DNA of 60,164 nt from Patescibacteria group bacterium. Its GTDB lineage: Bacteria > Patescibacteriota > Minisyncoccia > Phycocordibacterales > UBA2100. The DNA lies in contig JAKFXQ010000014.1 of assembly GCA_021731295.1 (NCBI GenBank), forward strand, positions 1-60,164, in the 5' to 3' direction. Shown here one piece after another: positions 55,481 through 60,164 of this stretch (the stretch's first letter is position 1; every line of letters starts with the position of its first letter). Under the pieces are notes generated by a model that saw only the letters and a program-made list of their open reading frames with translations, was not told the DNA's origin and made no database searches. Both the position numbers and the translations under genes were made by a program.

Positions 55481-56425
55481 GTGTTTCGGCAACGTGCTGT
55501 TATACACCACATTCAGGACGTTACGCAAGGTAGCCTGCGAGATACGTGCGACGGCAATCACATCAGGTACACTATTTTTGTGAATGCGCGGCGTATCGTT
55601 ACCGCCTCGTGCGGAGCACTCCTTGGTGCATCCATAGTCATTACGCATGCAGCGTTCGTGCGAACGAATGCGTTCAGTATTACATTCATCGATGTTGGTC
55701 AGGGAGATGCGGCATTTATCACTACTCCGTCGGGAAGGCAAATTCTTATCGACGGCGGACCCGATCGTTCCGTTCTGCGCGGACTCGCAGAACGTATGCC
55801 ATGGTGGGACCGACATATAGACGTGGTCATTGCGACGCATCCAGATTCGGATCACGTCTCCGGTCTTATTGATGTGCTGGAGCGCTATCGCGTTTCGTAT
55901 ATTTTCGACCCCGGTGTTGCCCACGACACACCGCAGGCCGAATCGTTGTTTGCGCTGGTTGCCGACGAAGAAGCACAACATGTTCTCGCGCGTCGCGGGC
56001 AGTTCTTGGATTTCGGCGACGGCATCCGACTTGAAATTCTGTTTCCGGACAGGGATGTCTCGGGGCTTGAAACGAACGCTGCATCCATCGTCGCGCGTGT
56101 GATATACAACGACATCGTCATCCTCCTCACGGGCGATGCGCCGGAGAGTATCGAGCGATACCTCGTTTCATTGCATGGAAAGGATATGCGCGCCGACATA
56201 CTGAAAGCAGGGCATCATGGCTCAAACACATCCTCGTCACTCCACTTTGTTGGCCTCGTCTCGCCAGAGTACGCAATCATTTCACGTGGGTGCGATAACA
56301 CGTACGGGCATCCGCACGAAAGTGTACTCGAAACGTTTGCTCGCTTCGATGTGAGCGTGCTTGATACGTGCACCGAAGGGAACATCACGTTCGAGAGCGA
56401 CGGGCAGTCGCTGGTGCGTCGGTAG
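55481..56425 (+). CDS. comEC: ComEC C-terminal metallo-beta-lactamase domain protein (separate ORF)
   Basis: MBL motifs ITFIDVGQGDAAFI, VIATHPDSDHVSGL, LKAGHHGS. The start is uncertain: GTG at 55481, or GTG at 55580 preceding the TM segment RRIVTASCGALLGASIVI. Confidence 0.85.
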   Translation: MFRQRAVIHHIQDVTQGSLRDTCDGNHIRYTIFVNARRIVTASCGALLGASIVITHAAFVRTNAFSITFIDVGQGDAAFITTPSGRQILIDGGPDRSVLRGLAERMPWWDRHIDVVIATHPDSDHVSGLIDVLERYRVSYIFDPGVAHDTPQAESLFALVADEEAQHVLARRGQFLDFGDGIRLEILFPDRDVSGLETNAASIVARVIYNDIVILLTGDAPESIERYLVSLHGKDMRADILKAGHHGSNTSSSLHFVGLVSPEYAIISRGCDNTYGHPHESVLETFARFDVSVLDTCTEGNITFESDGQSLVRR

Positions 56426-56473
56426 TTGCGTCGGTGTTCGTGCCGGCTAGTATATCCGTGGGAGGAACAAACG

Positions 56474-56617
56474 ATGTCACCGAAATCGCAAGACGCGTCT
56501 TCAGTAAAAGAACGGCTTATTACAGCAGTCATCGTCGTAGTCTCCATCGCTGTCCCGGCGTTGTACTACTGGGTAGTGTTCAATCTCCCTCGCCTCATGG
56601 CGATGACGCCTCAATAG
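56474..56617 (+). CDS. Small single-pass membrane protein
   Basis: 47 aa from the internal ATG preceded by GGGAGGA. TM helix LITAVIVVVSIAVPALYYWVVF. Confidence 0.45.
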   Translation: MSPKSQDASSVKERLITAVIVVVSIAVPALYYWVVFNLPRLMAMTPQ

Positions 56618-56640
56618 AGGGAGAGCAGGGAAGACAAACA

Positions 56641-56667
56641 GAAAGGCCGCCCATCGGGCGGCCTTTC
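56641..56667. terminator. Bidirectional terminator
   Basis: GAAAGGCCGCCC-ATC-GGGCGGCCTTTC. Confidence 0.85.
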
Positions 56668-56685
56668 GCTAGCACGAGAGCATGC

Positions 56686-56931
56686 TTATTTAATGAGTCC
56701 CGATTCCTTGAGGGTCTTATATGCGCCACGCTTCTTCAAGACCTTGAGGCCCTTGGCCGAGACCCGTACGGTGATTTTCTTGTTCAATTCAGGTACGAAA
56801 ATGGTCTTCTTCTGGATGTTCACGCGATTGCGCTTCTTGCCGGTAGGGTTGAATTTGGTCGCACGCGTGCGGTTAGAATAGCCGCCCCCGACGCGACTTC
56901 GCTTACCCGTTATGACGCATACACGTGACAT
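56686..56931 (-). CDS. rpmB: 50S ribosomal protein L28
   Basis: 81 aa. MSRVCVITGKRSRVGGGYSNRTRATKF. Confidence 0.93.
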   Translation of the reverse strand: MSRVCVITGKRSRVGGGYSNRTRATKFNPTGKKRNRVNIQKKTIFVPELNKKITVRVSAKGLKVLKKRGAYKTLKESGLIK

Positions 56932-57080
56932 AGTTCGAGGACTATACAGAAGAATAGTGGTTCAGGCAACTACCTAGGGGCTGGCCACTGCCGGGGAGCC
57001 TGCTCTTCCAAAAGGGGGCTGCCTGAACCGTCCGCACTCTAGCATGTATCGAGTCCAAGACGTCATGCTACACTCGCGGC

Positions 57081-57707
57081 ATGGAACTCGTGGACACCTT
57101 GTTCGTGATATTCATCATTATGTTTAGCGCCGTCATTCACGAGGTCATGCATGGCGTCGCGGCTGATAGGCTCGGAGACCCGACTGCCCGGTACGCTGGC
57201 CGCCTGACCCTGAATCCTATTCCGCATCTCGATGCTATAGGCTCCGTCATCCTGCCCTTGCTCCTCGCCCTCTCAAATTCACCGTTTCTCTTTGGTTGGG
57301 CAAAGCCGGTGCCGTACAACCCCTACAACCTCTTCCGTGCACCTCGCTGGGGCGAGGCCATCGTCGCCTTTGCGGGCCCTGCCTCGAACTTCGCGATAGC
57401 GCTCGTGGTCGGCCTCATCATTCGGCTCGGACTCTTCGAGGCCATGAACCCCGTGCTGTTCATTATTGTCATCGTGAACGTGATGCTCGGCATCTTCAAT
57501 CTCATCCCCATCCCACCGCTCGACGGCTCAAAAATCTTGCCCAAATTGCTCCCGCCGGGCCTTTCTGACGCCTATGAGAGCTTCCGTCGCCAGCTTGAAT
57601 ACAATCCGTTCGTTGGCATGGGTATCGTTCTGGTGTTTATCATGCTCTTTGGGAGTCAGTTTGGGGCCTTAGTCTATAGCGTCGCATCGGCTGTCGCGGG
57701 TGCCTAA
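57081..57707 (+). CDS. Site-2 protease family (M50) membrane metallopeptidase
   Basis: 208 aa. HEVMHG zinc motif in TM1, NLIPIPPLDGSK motif. Confidence 0.88.
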   Translation: MELVDTLFVIFIIMFSAVIHEVMHGVAADRLGDPTARYAGRLTLNPIPHLDAIGSVILPLLLALSNSPFLFGWAKPVPYNPYNLFRAPRWGEAIVAFAGPASNFAIALVVGLIIRLGLFEAMNPVLFIIVIVNVMLGIFNLIPIPPLDGSKILPKLLPPGLSDAYESFRRQLEYNPFVGMGIVLVFIMLFGSQFGALVYSVASAVAGA

Positions 57708-57793
57708 GGCCCGTCTCGACCCCTTTTCCCGCTATTCTTGCATTGTCTGGGGGAGCATAGTACAGTGCGCGGACTTCCTTCGGGGGGTTTTTC

Positions 57794-58210
57794 ATGGCAA
57801 CTATCAATCAGCTCGTGAGGAAAGGACGCGGCAAGCGCTCTTTCAAGTCCAAGACCGGTGCACTCGGACGCAGTTTCAACACGCTCAAGAATCGCCCAGT
57901 ACACTTTTCATCTCCGTTCAAGCGCGGTGTCTGCACTCGCGTCACCACCAAGACCCCTCGCAAGCCGAACTCTGCTATCCGTAAGATTGCGCGTGTTCGC
58001 CTTTCAAATGGCATGGAAATCACCGCCTACATCCCGGGAGAGGGACACAACCTGCAGGAGCACTCACTCGTCTTGGTCCGCGGTGGTCGCGTGAAGGACA
58101 TTGGTCTCCGCTATCAGGTAGTGCGCGGCAAGCTCGACGCCGGCGGTATCGACAAGCGTCGCCGTGGCCGTTCCCGCTATGGTGCCAAGCGACCAAAAGC
58201 AGCTAAGTAA
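57794..58210 (+). CDS. rpsL: 30S ribosomal protein S12
   Basis: 138 aa. [37 protein letters not shown]. Confidence 0.97.
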   Translation: MATINQLVRKGRGKRSFKSKTGALGRSFNTLKNRPVHFSSPFKRGVCTRVTTKTPRKPNSAIRKIARVRLSNGMEITAYIPGEGHNLQEHSLVLVRGGRVKDIGLRYQVVRGKLDAGGIDKRRRGRSRYGAKRPKAAK

Positions 58211-58218
58211 CATTTTGT

Positions 58219-58680
58219 ATGCGACGCCCAGTCAAAAACCGAATGCAGCCAGGACCGGACCCAGTGTACGGCTCTGTTAAGGTGTCCAAGCTCATCAACT
58301 ACGTGATGGAGAGCGGCAAGAAGGATACCGCTAAGAAGATTGTCTACTCCGTCATGGAGGAGCTCAAGAAGGAAGGTGACCCTGTTCTCGTACTTGAGGA
58401 GGCATTGGAAAACGCATCTCCTTCTGTTGAAGTCCGCTCCCGCCGCGTCGGCGGTGCTAACTATCAGGTTCCGCGCGAAGTTCGCCCTGAACGCCGTCTC
58501 GCTCTCGGTCTTCGCTGGATAGTGAATGAAGCAGAAGCAAAGAAGGGCATTCCGATGGCCAAGAGCCTTGCAGTCGAGATTCTCGCTGCAAAGAAGGGCG
58601 AAGGCGCTGCAGTTTCCAAGAAGGACGCGACGCATCGCATGGCAGACGCCAACAAGGCATTTGCACACTTCGCGTGGTAA
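58219..58680 (+). CDS. rpsG: 30S ribosomal protein S7
   Basis: 153 aa. VEVRSRRVGGANYQVP.EV...R...LGLRWIV. Confidence 0.97.
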   Translation: MRRPVKNRMQPGPDPVYGSVKVSKLINYVMESGKKDTAKKIVYSVMEELKKEGDPVLVLEEALENASPSVEVRSRRVGGANYQVPREVRPERRLALGLRWIVNEAEAKKGIPMAKSLAVEILAAKKGEGAAVSKKDATHRMADANKAFAHFAW

Positions 58681-58700
58681 TTTCCGTTCAATATTGACCT

Positions 58701-58728
58701 CACAAGCCCCGCTCTCGCGGGGCTTGTG
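58701..58728 (+). terminator. Intrinsic terminator directly after rpsG
   Basis: 12-bp stem CACAAGCCCCGC-TCTC-GCGGGGCTTGTG. Confidence 0.8.
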
Positions 58729-58782
58729 CATTCATGGGATAGTGGCTGTGGAAGGCCCCTCACTCGGACTGTGGAGGATATG

Positions 58783-59094
58783 ATGACCGCAGGGTACACA
58801 ACGACAAGAGCAGATCACGCGCAAGGTATTCACCGCGCATGGAGAAGACTCATCGTCTTGTTCGGCGAGCCGCGCGACAGCTATGGACGAGTGCCGGTCG
58901 AAATCGGCGAATCAATCTCTGATCTCATCTACTGGGGCGAGAAAACAGGTCCACGCACGGACATCATGCTGTGCGGCCAAATGACCGGCCGAGCGCTTGC
59001 GTTCTTCTACAGCGGCGCGAGCTACGAGGCCATTCGAGAGGAACTGCTTCTCATGGCGCGTGAGGCATCATTGGACCTTGAGTTCAAGGCGTGA
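58783..59094 (+). CDS. Hypothetical protein
   Basis: ORF 58726..59094 trimmed to the second ATG after GGAGGA (58773-58778). 103 aa, no motif recognised. Confidence 0.45.
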   Translation: MTAGYTTTRADHAQGIHRAWRRLIVLFGEPRDSYGRVPVEIGESISDLIYWGEKTGPRTDIMLCGQMTGRALAFFYSGASYEAIREELLLMAREASLDLEFKA

Positions 59095-59115
59095 ATGCAG
59101 ACGTACAGACGAGAG

Positions 59116-59139
59116 AGGGGCGCGCCAAGGCGCGCCCCT
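59116..59139. terminator. Bidirectional GC hairpin
   Basis: AGGGGCGCGCC / GGCGCGCCCCT between convergent small ORFs. Confidence 0.7.
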
Positions 59140-59153
59140 TCGTTTGCCGCACT

Positions 59154-59318
59154 CTATGGACGGCGGATGTGCGGGAGTGTTGCTTCCCGCGCTTTGCTTT
59201 CGGCCTTCAACTGTCGCGCTTCTGCCCGCAAACGAGCGATCTCGCGCGTGATGGTTTGTCGTCGCGCGATGACCTTTTCATAGTCACGAACCATTTCTTC
59301 ATCTCTGCAGTAGGCCAT
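59154..59318 (-). CDS. 54-aa coiled-coil-like small protein
   Basis: Below the track cutoff, so hand-translated: MAYCRDEEMVRDYEKVIARRQTITREIARLRAEARQLKAESKAREATLPHIRRP. GAGGAGGAAT lies immediately upstream of the ATG on the minus strand. Confidence 0.5.
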   Translation of the reverse strand: MAYCRDEEMVRDYEKVIARRQTITREIARLRAEARQLKAESKAREATLPHIRRP

Positions 59319-59341
59319 GTATTCCTCCTCTAAAACGAAAA

Positions 59342-59362
59342 CCCCCTCTCAGCGAGAGGGGG
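59342..59362 (-). terminator. Hairpin plus T-tract (on the minus strand) just upstream of the 54-aa ORF
   Basis: CCCCCTCTC-AGC-GAGAGGGGG. On the minus strand it is followed by TTTTCGTTTT, then the SD. Confidence 0.5.
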
Positions 59363-59526
59363 CTGACGCGTGGGGAATAGGCATCAGCACTCTCTCGCCG
59401 AGAGGGATGTACGACGATTCTGTACGTGCTGTGCGGTCATGTGGTTATCGTACGGTACGCGCGGAGAGTTGCAAGGCTCTGCATGGTTGAATCGCTCTGG
59501 CTGCCAGAGCGTGATATCGTCTACGA

Positions 59527-60164
59527 ATGGACAAGTGGAACTTGGGCGGCCGGGCCGAGAAAATGTACTGGAATATAGGAGTGCCGACGTTCGAATATGA
59601 AGCGCGAGAGGATGGCACGTTGAAGCCTCTCGATTTTCCCGAGCTGCAGAGACGGGTCACCAAGATGGTAAACGAGTGGTTTTCGATGGTGCCGAGTCAA
59701 AAGGCAACAAACGAATTCTTCCGATTCTCATTACTGTGGGATGACTCAACACAGAAAGCATCAGTACGTTTTTTTCCGTCGTCAACATTGTTACACGCCG
59801 ACTGGCAACATAAACATGTGTTTGCGACAGAGGGACAATTTCGTTCCGCGGCGCGAAAGCGCATCGCACTCGTCGACACGAAAGCGCTCTCAGACAAAAT
59901 CGAATCGAAAGACTTCGAGAAGTACAAGAATCATCCACTGTATGACTATTCGTTTTCCGTAGAGCAACAGAAATCGTTGTTCGGGCGGAGGCGAGCAGAT
60001 CCAGCGTCCCTCGACTCAAAGTGGCGCTCTATTCACGCTCTCCTGAATACCGATTTCATACGAATAGAGAATGGAACTATCGTTCCCACAGAAGGATATG
60101 TTCAAGTGCGCAGCGAAAATCATCACGAGCAAAATATGCTCCTCTTCGCGAGAAAAGACGAGTA
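59527..60164 (+). CDS. Hypothetical protein, 5' partial view (runs off the window end)
   Basis: Not in the ORF track because it has no stop within the window. The hand-translated open frame runs from ATG 59527 (MDKWNLGGRAEKMYWNIGVPTFEYEAREDG...) to the last base. Composition is visibly more AT-rich than the core genes. Confidence 0.5.
   Translation, partial: MDKWNLGGRAEKMYWNIGVPTFEYEAREDGTLKPLDFPELQRRVTKMVNEWFSMVPSQKATNEFFRFSLLWDDSTQKASVRFFPSSTLLHADWQHKHVFATEGQFRSAARKRIALVDTKALSDKIESKDFEKYKNHPLYDYSFSVEQQKSLFGRRRADPASLDSKWRSIHALLNTDFIRIENGTIVPTEGYVQVRSENHHEQNMLLFARKDE

Noticed and set aside
57708-57793. Possible promoter (TTGCAT ... TAGTAC) and leader hairpin upstream of rpsL.
   Set aside because: The spacer between the candidate -35 and -10 hexamers is about 14 nt, and neither hexamer is close to consensus, so the evidence is too weak to annotate.
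1-60164. CRISPR arrays, rRNA genes, transposases/IS elements and prophage structural genes.
   Set aside because: No regularly spaced direct repeats, rRNA-like conserved stretches, DDE or serine recombinase motifs, or capsid/terminase-like ORFs were recognised in any frame.

Overview
This is a GC-rich, gene-dense bacterial chromosomal segment of about 60 kb with mostly housekeeping content. Recognisable genes include rsmA, a UvrD-family helicase, pnp, rpsO, rarA, xerC/D, xth, cca, hup, pheA, rny, clpP, tig, ppa, nusA, tpiA, pgk, recJ, rnhA, rpmB, rpsL and rpsG. There are four tRNAs: Arg-TCG, Gly-GCC, Pro-TGG and Gly-TCC.

Several traits suggest a reduced, possibly episymbiotic Patescibacteria/CPR-like genome, though this is inference only:
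- a DUF5667-type protein coupled to an ECF sigma factor
- a short trigger factor that seems to lack the PPIase domain
- a DksA-like protein without Cys ligands
- a pilB-pilC-pseudopilin operon together with ComEC
- many secreted proteins with a coiled-coil and a peptidoglycan-binding domain

No CRISPR array, rRNA, transposase or clear prophage was seen.

The most interesting locus is 51594-53149. It is a terminator-bounded cassette with three parts:
- an ORF carrying a UBC/E2-like H-P-H...C motif
- an ORF with the ThiF/MoeB/E1 adenylation motif series, overlapping the first ORF by 142 nt
- a 48-codon ORF with a ribosome-binding site that ends in LLRESGA

No recognisable beta-grasp or JAB/DUB gene accompanies it. 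It may be a minimal ubiquitin-like conjugation system of an undescribed layout.

Other notable observations:
- three tandem paralogous secreted proteins combining PG-binding, PKD-like and Kazal-like domains (41362-45756)
- a 57-67 nt imperfect direct repeat that duplicates the 3' end of a pilus gene around a ~0.6 kb mini-cassette (37951-38665)
- a ComEC gene split by an inverted sod cassette
- four copies of a TTCACGTGAA-core palindrome clustered around yraN
- an AT-rich non-coding island with DnaA-box consensus sites
- a tRNA abutting a protease start codon
- an str operon that stops after rpsG and is followed by lower-GC unknown genes

All functional calls come from motif recognition by eye. 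No database search was run.
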